DNA from: Paraspadella gotoi
Taxonomy: Eukaryota; Animalia; Chaetognatha
Direction: 5' to 3'
NCBI GenBank assembly: GCA_051294375.1
Contig: CM119270.1
Coordinates: 18,843,546-18,907,545 of the forward strand
Length of the DNA stretch: 64,000 nucleotides
The notes under the pieces were generated by a model. It made no database searches and was not told the DNA's origin. It saw only the letters and a list, made by a program, of their open reading frames with translations. Made by a program: the position numbers and the translations under genes. This document shows, piece by piece, positions 12,201 to 21,780 of the stretch (the stretch's first letter is position 1; every line of letters begins with the position of its first letter).

Positions 12201-13404
12201 GCGTGGGTTCGAATCCCACGCTGCCACCACATTAAGTAGTAGACAGGGATTTCTGGTGTGAAACAACGTGGATTATTTACAAGAAAATAGACAGTGAAAA
12301 TGGTGTCAATTTTTAGACAGAGGACTCGCCATGAAAAACAAGAGCTATTTATACAAGGGAATCGGATCCGTGACTCGGGCAACTTTGCCCGCGGATGGAA
12401 GCCCGGCTGACCATTGGCTGGTGCATTTTCCGTTCGACCATGAGAGAGTCTCTTGTAATTTCTTCTCGCGTCGCCGATCCGATTCCGACTTTTAGTTCGA
12501 TTCCTCTGCGATGGGAACATACGACATATAACAAAAAAACCCAGTAAGTAAAATATTGATTAATTAATTAATTAATTAGTCTCAAAGAAAAAATAATATA
12601 ACAAGGCCATTTTTTTTAGAAAATTTTATTTTATAAAGCGTATTCAACTGTTCAAAAAGTAACTAGCGCAATATAAATTTAAAGTCGGGACCAACGCGCT
12701 TTCGACCTACCCCTACATTCACAACCACACAGCAACTAACAACAATAACCAACAGATTCTACTAACAATCCAAAAACCGACCGCGACCCCGCCACCCCGA
12801 CCGACCGACCAAACACCCCTCCCTCCTTCAAAACCTGAGGAACGTCCTGGACGACGAGTTGCGCCTTGGCGTCGACGGTGTCGAGATCCGTCCGCGCGAC
12901 GCAGGCGAAGTCGCCCGAGTCCGAGTCGGAGACGTCGGCGATGACGACCGAGGATTCCGCGAACTGTTGGACGCCCTTCGACGCCTTCACCTTCACGCGG
13001 CCTTGGAGGAAAGTGTGGGGGGGGTAAGGGCGAAGGGGTAAGGGCGAAGGGGTAAGATAGAGATTAGAGAAAAAAAGTGAAATGAACCGGTTTTTATTTT
13101 ATTTTAACCATTTCAGAGGGGAGACATCCCCACATCCCCACACCCTTCTACCCACACCCCTTCTCCACCCTTCCCCCTCTTTCAACTCACCGTCCTCCTT
13201 CAACAGCCTCCCGTTCTTCCTCCAAACGATGGTCACCCTCAACTGTTTATCTCCTTCTGCTTTGCACTTGAACCCCGCCCCGAGTCCCGCGCGTTCGGTC
13301 ACCGACTCTGGCGCCATCGTGATTCGAGTTTTGGTGAAGACTCGAAGTTCCCCCTGGGCGGAGATGTCGCCGAATTTGTTGGAGGCGATGCAGGTGTAGA
13401 CGCC
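1..13404 (-). CDS. Nrg: L1-family Ig/FN3 cell adhesion molecule (neuroglian/L1CAM-like), partial multi-exon gene: end of Ig5, Ig6, FN3-1..5, then a giant acidic repeat exon
   Basis: Manually spliced GT-AG exons give GVYTCIASNKFG, DSGDFACVARTDLD, VQDVP, WKPGGDGRS, DYTFRV, PMPKIEQNGPGFHY, VPNQPTYVPFDVMVIAHNNLG, GHSGE, RGKPVGYKIQFW, TPEGRPGPV, PKDPNGELHGY, GLKEKTKYRI, NPGSNFFV, GLEPGTAYAVRVVA. These are collinear with my recollection of the Drosophila neuroglian ectodomain. Ig1-Ig5 exons and TM/FIGQY exons are not visible in the window. Confidence 0.9.
6605..6772 (-). CDS. Nrg: Neuroglian-like exon: FN3-5 second half
   Basis: ttcag|AT...GAA G|gtaag, 168 nt, ends in phase 1; NAEDWKRVEVMDPVGSPFVELKGLEPGTAYAVRVVASNGPQAMKKSQEQYIVTTGE. 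Confidence 0.9.
7340..7501 (-). CDS. Nrg: Neuroglian-like exon: FN3-5 first half
   Basis: ttcag|GC...TTT A|gtgag, 162 nt; GKEFFIESTTTVTSPPDEAAFEIHQVSDKTLNVSVNPAQSDNPGSNFFVEIKHF. Confidence 0.9.
7923..8060 (-). CDS. Nrg: Neuroglian-like exon: FN3-4 second half
   Basis: ttccag|TC...GAG G|gtaag, 138 nt, phase 1 to 1; VQGFTLANELTFDSPIPPTTNSLRLTGLKEKTKYRITMAAYTSVGE. Confidence 0.92.
8798..8990 (-). CDS. Nrg: Neuroglian-like exon: FN3-3 end / FN3-4 start
   Basis: gtcag|ATC...GAA G|gtgag, 193 nt; IRVRNSRYESEASNRVKVRTPEGRPGPVVKLRATPVGLDQFKVTWKTPKDPNGELHGYRLRYSE. Confidence 0.92.
9550..9796 (-). CDS. Nrg: Neuroglian-like exon: FN3-3 (5' part noisy, acceptor approximate)
   Basis: ...SLRGKPVGYKIQFWVEEEGEASMEEHDFPFEDIESGSVTLLKPYSNIVLQ|gtgag. 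The expected acceptor reads aatcatg, probably a corrupted aatcag. Confidence 0.8.
10016..10133 (-). CDS. Nrg: Neuroglian-like exon: FN3-2 end
   Basis: gacag|CTG...GCC A|gtgag, 118 nt; LMVPNQPTYVPFDVMVIAHNNLGQSKEVATVKTGHSGEA. Confidence 0.9.
10488..10610 (-). CDS. Nrg: Neuroglian-like exon: FN3-2
   Basis: accag|CCG...CAG|gtgca, 123 nt; PMPKIEQNGPGFHYIVKYRRSDEEPKPAWETMRIANPMESQ. Confidence 0.9.
11198..11413 (-). CDS. Nrg: Neuroglian-like exon: FN3-1 end / FN3-2 start (apparent indels)
   Basis: ataaag|AC...|gtgag. DDWKNL..EVELS, DYTFRVFA, APSKICATRP and QNPGVKGSSQP..VISW lie in shifting frames. Confidence 0.8.
11902..12024 (-). CDS. Nrg: Neuroglian-like exon: FN3-1 first part (contains apparent sequencing indels)
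   Basis: cgcag|CCG...CCT G|gtgag. EILQCRAREALI, WKPGGDGRS and VLNYIIQSKHILDP lie in shifting frames. Confidence 0.8.
12181..12527 (-). mobile_element. LTR-like element followed by an extended tRNA-Leu PBS-like sequence, intronic in the neuroglian-like gene
   Basis: On the minus strand: TGTCGT start, CCAAT, TATAAATAG (12345-12353), then AGAAATCC..CTTAATG directly followed by TGGTGGCAGCG. A 7-bp direct repeat acgacat sits at 12174-12180 and 12521-12527. Confidence 0.6.
12185..12229 (+). pseudogene. 3' half of tRNA-Leu with encoded CCA (retro-copied fragment, not a functional tRNA gene)
   Basis: TCCAGTCTCTTCGGAGGCGTGGGTTCGAATCCCAC-GCTGCCA-CCA gives the anticodon-stem 3' strand, long variable arm, T-arm and acceptor strand typical of animal tRNA-Leu(AAG/TAG). 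No D-arm or 5' half is present. Confidence 0.88.
12835..13001 (-). CDS. Nrg: Neuroglian-like exon: second half of Ig6
   Basis: ccaag|GC...CAG|gtttt, 167 nt, phase 1 to 0; GRVKVKASKGVQQFAESSVVIADVSDSDSGDFACVARTDLDTVDAKAQLVVQDVPQ. Confidence 0.88.
13191..13404 (-). CDS. Nrg: Neuroglian-like exon: end of Ig5 / start of Ig6
   Basis: ctccag|GGC...GAC G|gtgag, 214 nt, phase 0 to 1; GVYTCIASNKFGDISAQGELRVFTKTRITMAPESVTERAGLGAGFKCKAEGDKQLRVTIVWRKNGRLLKED. Confidence 0.9.
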
Positions 13405-14777
13405 CTGGAGGGGGGGAAGGTTTGACGAGGGTGAGGTGAGGTAAAAGGTAATATTACTTCTAGACTCTTCGTTTACTTACCTTCTTTCTGTAGTTTTTAA
13501 ATACAAGATCTTGGGTTCTCCTTAGAACTACTTTTTTTTACCTGATCGTTCTNNNNNNNNNNNNNNNNNNNNNNNNNNNNNNNNNNNNNNNNNNNNNNNN
13601 NNNNNNNNNNNNNNNNNNNNNNNNNNNNNNNNNNNNNNNNNNNNNNNNNNNNAATCTCAGAGTTTTAACCGGGGCGGATTTTCAATTTTTTTTGTTAATA
13701 TTTTCTATATTCATGGTCCGATTTACATGAAACTTGATATTAACAATATTGCCGTCATCTACGTCGCCGGTAAAATAATATATAAAAAAAACTTTTTATT
13801 TTTCAAGGCAAAATTTAGTTCTACCTTATTAAAAATTCATGTTGATTTAATTTTCCATTTTTTTTCGCATAAAGAATTGAAAATCAAAGCTTCGAAATCT
13901 ATAAGACGCAAATCCCGAATAAGATCTAATCCTCAGCCGAATCAAATTAAAACCCCAGCCCCATCAAATCTAATCCCCAGCCCCATCAAAGCACATCTCG
14001 CCCCAACCTCATCAAGATCCGCACTCGCCCAACCCCGAAAGAAAAAACGAACGAGACCGGGAACGAAAGAAACACGCCGCAGCGACAGCCACAGCAGCGG
14101 CTGGAGAAGACGATGAAACAGCAGCAGCTTGCAGAGTGAGAAAGAAAGGGAGGAGTGAGAATGAGAGAGGTGAAACCAATACTCACCTTCTAAGTGAGCT
14201 GTGATGATGAGAAGAAAATTTATTTTCGTGGTTTGAATCGATTATTCTGAAAGAGACGGTGACGATGATAGCGACTGTGATTATACGATGATAGCGACGC
14301 CGATGACGATGATGCGTCAAGTAAATTGTGATAAGTATGACGCACGCATATAGAGGTCGATGTTGTGAGAGCTTTTGTCGTCGGTCCGATGTTGATTGTC
14401 CGAACGAACAGAGATTTTGACAAAATGCACGAGGACAAAGATCCATTTTGACTTTGACGACTTCGTTTTGACTTTGACAATACGATGACAATAATGACAA
14501 CGATGATGACTTTGATGTCGATGACAGTTTTGCTTCTTTCTTTGATGATCGAAAAAAAGAAAGAAAATCAACCAAATTGTTTATTTATTTTGTAGCGAAA
14601 AGAAAATGAAAGAAATCATAAATTCGGAAAAAGATTCTCGCTTTTTGTGTTTGTTTTAAATTCTTTTTTTTTATTTGAGTTTTATTTATTTTTTCTTTTT
14701 AAAACTAAATCTGAAAAAAAAATCGAAAATTTCACGGAAGAAATTTTTTTGAATTCGGTTTGACCGCTGGTTGAGAG

Positions 14778-14828
<51 letters not shown>

Positions 14829-15061
14829 TATGTAAAAAAGAAGATCGTCAAAGTCTATCTCTCTCTCCTCTCTCTCTCTCTCTATCTTCTCTCTCTTCTC
14901 TCTCTCTCTCTCTCGTCTCTCCTCTCTCTCTCTCTGGATCTGAATTCGGCGGGAAATTCTGAAAAAGGGAGAACGAAACTCAAAGTTACGTGACGACAAA
15001 AGCGAGACGATGGAGACGACGACGACGAAAAAGAAGAAATAAAGCGCAAGATTAGAGAGAG

Positions 15062-15146
<85 letters not shown>

Positions 15147-15524
15147 ATCAGTAGTTTCTCTTATTCAAACACATTGAAAACAGGATAAAAAAAAAAAAAA
15201 ACTTCTAGCTTCTGTACATCCGTTAAAACGAGTTTGTCAGCTTATGACTTTGGTCTATGATAAGGAATTACATCCCGATCGATAGATCGATCGGATGTCT
15301 CTGTTAGCCAATCACAAGGACGGAAGAATCGAACAATCGACCCAATCGAAACAAAGAAAACTTTGATCGCTATAATCATTCAGGTTTTGTCGATTAGAAC
15401 TGGATTGGGATCGAGGCTCTGGAGGAGGAGGAGAGGAGAGGAGGAGGAGGAGGAGGAGGAAGACGCGGGAGAAGAGGAGGCGGTCCCAGGAAGAGCGAGA
15501 CTGTCTTCGTTGTTATGGGAAAGA

Positions 15525-15563
<39 letters not shown>

Positions 15564-17153
15564 AACACATCAGTGTCGAGACTTTGACGACCACGTGACT
15601 AAGTGAGTACCAGCGGAGATAGAAAAGAAAGAGTAAAAAAGTTGATCTAAAAAAATGGGGAAAAGAAAATTAGGAAAAAAAAGACAAGGGAATTTTAGGA
15701 AGGTGAATAGAGAGGGAGAAGACGAGCATGTATGAAGACGTATGAGAGCGTAAATCTGGACGTATTACATATTACATAGTGCTATTGGGTGGTTTGATCA
15801 TGGTATATTCATTATTTAAAATTGATAGAAGAATGGAACAATGAGGATTGAGACGAAAATTGTAACGAGAAAAAAAGAAAAAGAAGAGAAAAAGAAATCT
15901 AAATAAAGAAAAGACATTGGGAGAGATATATAAGAAACTGTGAAGTTTAGTGTCTTTTTTTTTTTTAGTCGAGATAAGTAAAAGTACCGGAGGACCTTGT
16001 CAGGCGCCTCTCCGGCAGTTAAAACTTAGATTGCTCTAATGTTTGAATTTCGGAATAGAAAAACAAAAGAACCAATCATTTTTTTAATTGATCCTAATGA
16101 TATATATTAGCATTGAACCGTTTAACATTTTTGTTTTTTAACAAAGCTTTGATGAATTCAGAACTAAACTTATGTTGCCAATAGAAGCTAACGCAATGAA
16201 TAAAAAACCGTGGCTAAAGACCCAGCGAAATATTTTGTATTATTTTTTTGGTAATGCACAATAAACTATTATAGATCAATAACGATGGTAATTTAACACT
16301 CTGTCAAGATAAGCCACAACTCACCACATTAATGCGGCGAAGATAATTAAGCATAATCTAATTGAAGTTCAATTATAAAGTCATCTAATTCCCATAACGA
16401 CCAATCAAGTTTTTTTATTGTTACGTAACAATCATCTTTTCGAGAAAAAAAAATTAGTTCAGGAAAATCGCGTGCTCTCTCTCTCTCTCTCTCTCTTCTC
16501 TCTCCTCTCTCGTCTCTCTCTCTCCTCTCTCTCTACGTCTTTCTCATATTTTAATAGTCCCCCCTTTTCCGCTTGTCTTTTTTTTCCCAGTTTCCCGCCA
16601 GAGTCACGACAGCGCCGCCGACGAAACGCACGACACGACGTTAATATCGACGAAGACCACGAGACGACGATAGCGCGAAAAACACTAGCGTAATAACCTC
16701 GAAAAAGAATAGCTTACCGCGTAATGAATAGCCGATTTTTTTGTTTCCGATTTTATAAAACAATTGATATTTCCTTTTTTTCGGCGTGAGAAAGAGAGGT
16801 TTTTTTGTATGGGACGATAAGCGTTTTAAGGAAGACTAGAGAGAGACTAATACCTCCGGAAAGAGAAAAAAAACAGCGTCTTAAGTATTTATTACAGTAT
16901 AAAATAACAACTCCCTTGAAAACAAATATTGTTAAGCGATTTTATAAAAATTAAAAAAAAAAACGAGAGCAAATCAAAAAAATACCAAAAAAAAAATTTA
17001 TAGCACCGTAAAAAAAAACAACAACAAAAAAAAAAGAAAAATCCACGAAATAAATCCAAGAAAAAAATAATAAAACTTTTTTTTCCCTTAAACATTACTT
17101 TAACAATAAAACAAACTTATGCCTCGTTGACCAAAAAACAAAACAAAACAAAC

Positions 17154-17595
17154 ATGGGTTGCGTCGCCTCTTTGAGCGGGAATGAAAAACCGGGAATGAG
17201 AAGAGGGAATCCGACGCTGACGCAGCAACCGATGCCGCAAAAGCAGCTCCAGCAGACCGCAGCAACGAGGCCGAGATCGCAGCAGCGCGAGACGCGGTTG
17301 CGGAGACAGCGGAATTGATGGAGAACGAGGACGACGACAGCGACGCGACGCCGACGACAAGCCGAGAAGAAGATGGCGACCGGAATGAGACGGCGTTGAG
17401 GGACAGCGGAGTCGATCGCGGAATCGCTCGTCGAATTGGGTGAGGGGGGTGGAGGAGGGGGAAATTAATCAAGCTTCCAAGAGATCGATCTATAACTAAA
17501 TAATAAAAAATAATATATATAAATAAAAAAAAAAAAAAAATAAATAAATAAAAAAATAAAAAAAAATAAATAATAAATAAATAAATAAAAGAAAA

Positions 17596-17647
<52 letters not shown>

Positions 17648-17833
17648 AAATAAATAAATAAATAATAAATAAATAAATAAATAAAAAAAACAATATTGAA
17701 TAAATAATAAATAATTAAATAAATAAATAAGAAAATAATAGATAAATAATAATAAATAAAAAAATAAATAAATAAGTAAATAAATAAATAAATAAATAAT
17801 AAATAAATAAATAAATAATAATAAATAATTAAG

Positions 17834-17865
<32 letters not shown>

Positions 17866-17867
17866 AA

Positions 17868-17899
<32 letters not shown>

Positions 17900-17905
17900 A
17901 AATAA

Positions 17906-17940
<35 letters not shown>

Positions 17941-18507
17941 ATATATAATTTAATTGAATCATGCGATTCACAATTGATAAATAATCAATCAATCATCTCA
18001 TTGAGCAATGAATCAAGCAATTATTTAATCAAGCAATCAACAAATAAATTTATCCATCGATCGTTGAAATCAATTAATCTACTGGCCAATAAATCAATCA
18101 ATCAATGAATGATAAACCTGTTAACCAGTTGAATCTTTCGTTGTTTTAAATAATTCAGCTTCGAACAAAATCGGCGTGGCGCCATCGAGAAACTCTTCAT
18201 TCCATCGTTCAATTCTACGACGACGACGGCGACGACGAGACGACGACGACATTGAATTTTCCGGCGACGACGACGACGACGACGCCCACAACGCCGAGCG
18301 ATTGGCCGCGGTCCGGATCCTCTGGGCGACTCGGAGACTCCGGATCGCCGCCGGCGATGCGCCGTCGACGAAGGCATCGTGGAAGACCGTGCCGCGGAGG
18401 AAGGCGCCGGCCGGAGATCGGCGCGCGGTGGTGGACGAATCCTCGGCCGTCGTCGTTTGAGGAGAAAGTGGCCAAGGAATTTCAGGGAACCGACGCGGAC
18501 GTTGGAG
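17154..18507 (+). CDS. Putative gene for an N-acylated (MGCVAS...) protein; exons about 17154-17439 and 18159-18507, single-base frameshifts inferred
   Basis: aacATGG start; GC-rich coding-like blocks in an AT-rich background; ATT GG|gtgag donor and taattcag|C acceptor join in phase 2 (..ARRIG-FEQNRRGAIEKLFIPSFNS..). The end of exon 2 is uncertain. Confidence 0.5.
17495..17945. repeat. (AAAT)n-type microsatellite, intronic
   Basis: About 450 bp of aaat/aat repeats. Confidence 0.95.
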
Positions 18508-19345
18508 GTGTGGCTTTGGAGGGAGGTTGTGGTGGGAGGTGTGGAATGAGTGTGGTGAGAGAGAGAAGAGAGATCCTTATATAAAGAAAATGGGCGAAAA
18601 GGGATTAATTATGTCACGGCCGTTGAAAAATGGAAAGGGAATGAAATTCAAAAGTCGTATCAGATGTTCAGTTAGACATTTTGTTTCTGTGATTTGTTCT
18701 CGTTCGTTTAGTCGCTGATTGGACAGAATAAACAAATATCAAGGAGAAGAGAAGGACACAATGAGTGGAATCGAGATGAATGACGATCATTGAAGGCCAT
18801 GTTGTTGTTGTTGTTGTTTTTGTGTAAAATCTCACGATGAGTAGAAAAATCATGATTCTTATTCATTTGAGCCAAATCTCTTCGTAACAGTAATCCTTTC
18901 TTCTTCAGATGGTGTTTTTTGATGACAATCAAGAGATTGTGGACAATCAGATTTTTTAATGGCGGACCGTGAAAATAAGAGTCTCTAAAATGGGTTCAAG
19001 CTCGCGAGACTTAAGTCTAAAGAAAAAAAAAAACTTAAGAAAAACGTGCGAGGGAACAACACGACGACGAAATTTGTATTCAATTTTAATCTTTTTCTTT
19101 TATTCAAGATTTGAATTAAAAAAAGAAGATTTCTTCTTTTTTTTCGTTTATTGAAAGAAAGAAAGAAAAAAAAAACACGAATTGAGAGATGGAGATTACG
19201 ATTGCGCGCGCGTTTCTTTTCTAGTCTGCATGTGTCTACGTGCGTCTGCGTGCGACTCTCTCGCGAAAAGAACAATGAAAGGAATGAAAAGAAAATGAAA
19301 ATGAAAAAAGAGAAATTCCTTTTTTTTTCATATTTTTCTCAGTCA

Positions 19346-19392
<47 letters not shown>

Positions 19393-20497
19393 TTCTTTAA
19401 AATTCCCACGAGTTTGAGTTTCGACGAAATCCTTCGGTTTTGGTGACGGAATGAAATGAGGAGTTCTTGGTGGCAGATGGTCGAGTCGTCGTGGAATCTG
19501 GAGAGAGAGAGAGAGAGAGAGAGAGAGNNNNNNNNNNNNNNNNNNNNNNNNNNNNNNNNNNNNNNNNNNNNNNNNNNNNNNNNNNNNNNNNNNNNNNNNN
19601 NNNNNNNNNNNNNNNNNNNNNNNNNNNNNNNNNNNNNNNNNNNNNNNNNNNNNNNNNNNNNNNNNNNNNNNNNNNNNNNNNNNNAAAAGAAAAGAAAAGA
19701 AACGATTTTCTAGTTTCTTCTCAACGAAAGTAAAAGAGAAAGAAAGAAAAAAAGAAAGAAAGATAGTCTCCTGAGAAAAGAAGGTCCACAGTCCGTCATT
19801 ATGATTATGAACAGACGTCAAAAAAAAAAANNNNNNNNNNNNNNNNNNNNNNNNNNNNNNNNNNNNNNNNNNNNNNNNNNNNNNNNNNNNNNNNNNNNNN
19901 NNNNNNNNNNNNNNNNNNNNNNNNNNNNNNNNNNNNNNNNNNNNNNNNNNNNNNNNNNNNNNNNNNNNNNNNNNNNNNNNNNNNNNNNNNNNNNNNNNNN
20001 NNNNNNNNNNNNNNNNNNNNNNTTTCTATTTCAATAGTTTCTTTTTCTTTCTTTCTTTTCTTTTCCTTCTATATCCCTTTTTTTTTCTCACGAAATGAGA
20101 GAGAAAAAGATTATTATAATTTTTCAAATCGCCATTACCTTTTGTTTGAATGAAACTTTTTTCCTATTCGTCTCTTTGTCTCTTGTTCATTTGTTTTATC
20201 TATTTTTGTCCGTTCGTCTGTTTAATCTCGATATTGCAATGCATCAATCAAGAGACGTTCGTTTATCTATCGTTCTGTCAGTATCTCTTCTATCTAGATC
20301 ATTAATCCGTCTNNNNNNNNNNNNNNNNNNNNNNNNNNNNNNNNNNNNNNNNNNNNNNNNNNNNNNNNNNNNNNNNNNNNNNNNNNNNNNNNNNNNNNNN
20401 NNNNNNNNNNNNGGAGTGTGGAGGTTGAGCGGCGATGTCCTGCAGTAGTTCGCGGGTAAGTTCTGGAAGGTGGAGAAAGTATGGTTGTGGGAGAAAC

Positions 20498-21277
20498 GTA
20501 AGGCGGCTAGTACAAAATTTTTCTAAATTTAACTTTAATTAAATGTCTAAAAGTGAGGAAACGAACAACATTCATTTTTAATGACTAATAAACCATTTAC
20601 TGTCAAATAAAGAAAATTTATAATAAAATTTTACAATTTTACGCAGTAGGCCACTCATTATACTCAGATACTAATCCCAATAAATTGTTAATAAAATTTT
20701 TGTTAAAACAGTTTTTTTCTAAGATTTTTTTTCTTGCAGATTTTCGTATTTCGTCTAGTCAAAAAGTTGAAAAAAAAGAGAAATACTTATAACTCTTTTA
20801 AAAAGGAATTCCTTCAACTTTAAGTGGGCGGTCAAAAAATCTTGAGAAAAGCCTATATTTTAAGCCTTGAAAACATTAACTTGCTATTATATCAAAGTTC
20901 ATAGTTTTTTAAATGATTTTTAACCCACTTTAATGAATAGAATTTTTTTTTTAAAAATGGGACTTATATATTCCTATTTTATCAACTTTTTTTGCACGAG
21001 AAATCCAAATCTGCAACTCAAAATTAAAGAGGAAAAGCCCGAATGTTCGATTTTTTTTCAATTTGGTATAAGCGGACTTCAGTCGTTCTAGTGCGACGCG
21101 GTGCGCGCCGGCGGCCTCCACAGTACTTTTATCATAAAATAATGCCTTACTCCGGTAAACTTTGAAAACAACATAAAAAAATTTTTTTACAATATTTCAA
21201 ATATTTACTGATGCAGTCACTGTTCTTCATAATTGACATTTCAGAACTTTTTACTATGTAACTCTTGCACTACCCTT
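20498..21277. mobile_element. Possible degenerate MITE / non-autonomous DNA transposon
   Basis: AT-rich block. Left end taaggcggctagtacaa resembles the reverse complement of the right end, taagggtagtgcaa, with weak further inverted similarity (aaatgtc..tga.gaa). Confidence 0.3.
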
Positions 21278-21329
21278 ATTGGGAGTATTGAAAAAGTATG
21301 TAGAGGGGAGCAAAAGGGATATATAAGGG

Positions 21330-21780
21330 GTAAAGTGGAAGATAAGGAGTGGAGGATACGGACGGCGAGGAAGAGTTTTTTGTAAAGGACAGACGAAGTA
21401 GAGAGAAGTGGGTTTGTAACTGGTGGGATGCAGTTTGCCCGTGCCACGAGTGGAACTTCATAAGAGGCGGTTGAGAAAGAGAAGTTGTTGTTTTCGGATT
21501 AGTCGGAACCCTTGAGGAAGAGTATATTTGAACAAAGACCTGAAAAAGTTAGGCATGAAGGTATTGCCGTGCTGATGAAAAGCAGGAGAAAGCTTCGGTG
21601 TCAGAGTCTTCTGGAAAACGTTGGACAGAAAGACTTGGCAGGTAAATCGCGGGTTTTAAAAAAAAAAAATAGTTCGAGAGAATCGCAAATGGTGCGAACG
21701 AAAACCGTTAGAGAGGATTGTCCATCGCCTGACGGGTTTCCAGTGGGAGTCAGTGGCGATCTGACGACTTTAGAAAAAAG
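21330..21780 (-). mobile_element. Possible degenerate 3' end of a LINE ORF2 (CR1/L2-like)
   Basis: Broken-frame motifs in the expected order: TVFVRTICDS, LSVQRF, LIRKQQLLFLNRLL, TSSVLYKKLFLAVRILHSLSS. They loosely resemble the VRP.LEY / E.VQRR / RR...L..LYK / F..R....WN.LP series of post-RT LINE regions. Confidence 0.3.

Noticed and set aside
12185-12229. Functional tRNA-Leu gene (also 28782-28823 and about 34182-34230)
   Set aside because: No 5' half, A box or anticodon, and CCA is encoded; these are retro-copied fragments.
20413-20462. Exon fragment beside a gap (plus-strand donor or minus-strand acceptor)
   Set aside because: Only about 50 nt are visible; strand and frame are ambiguous.
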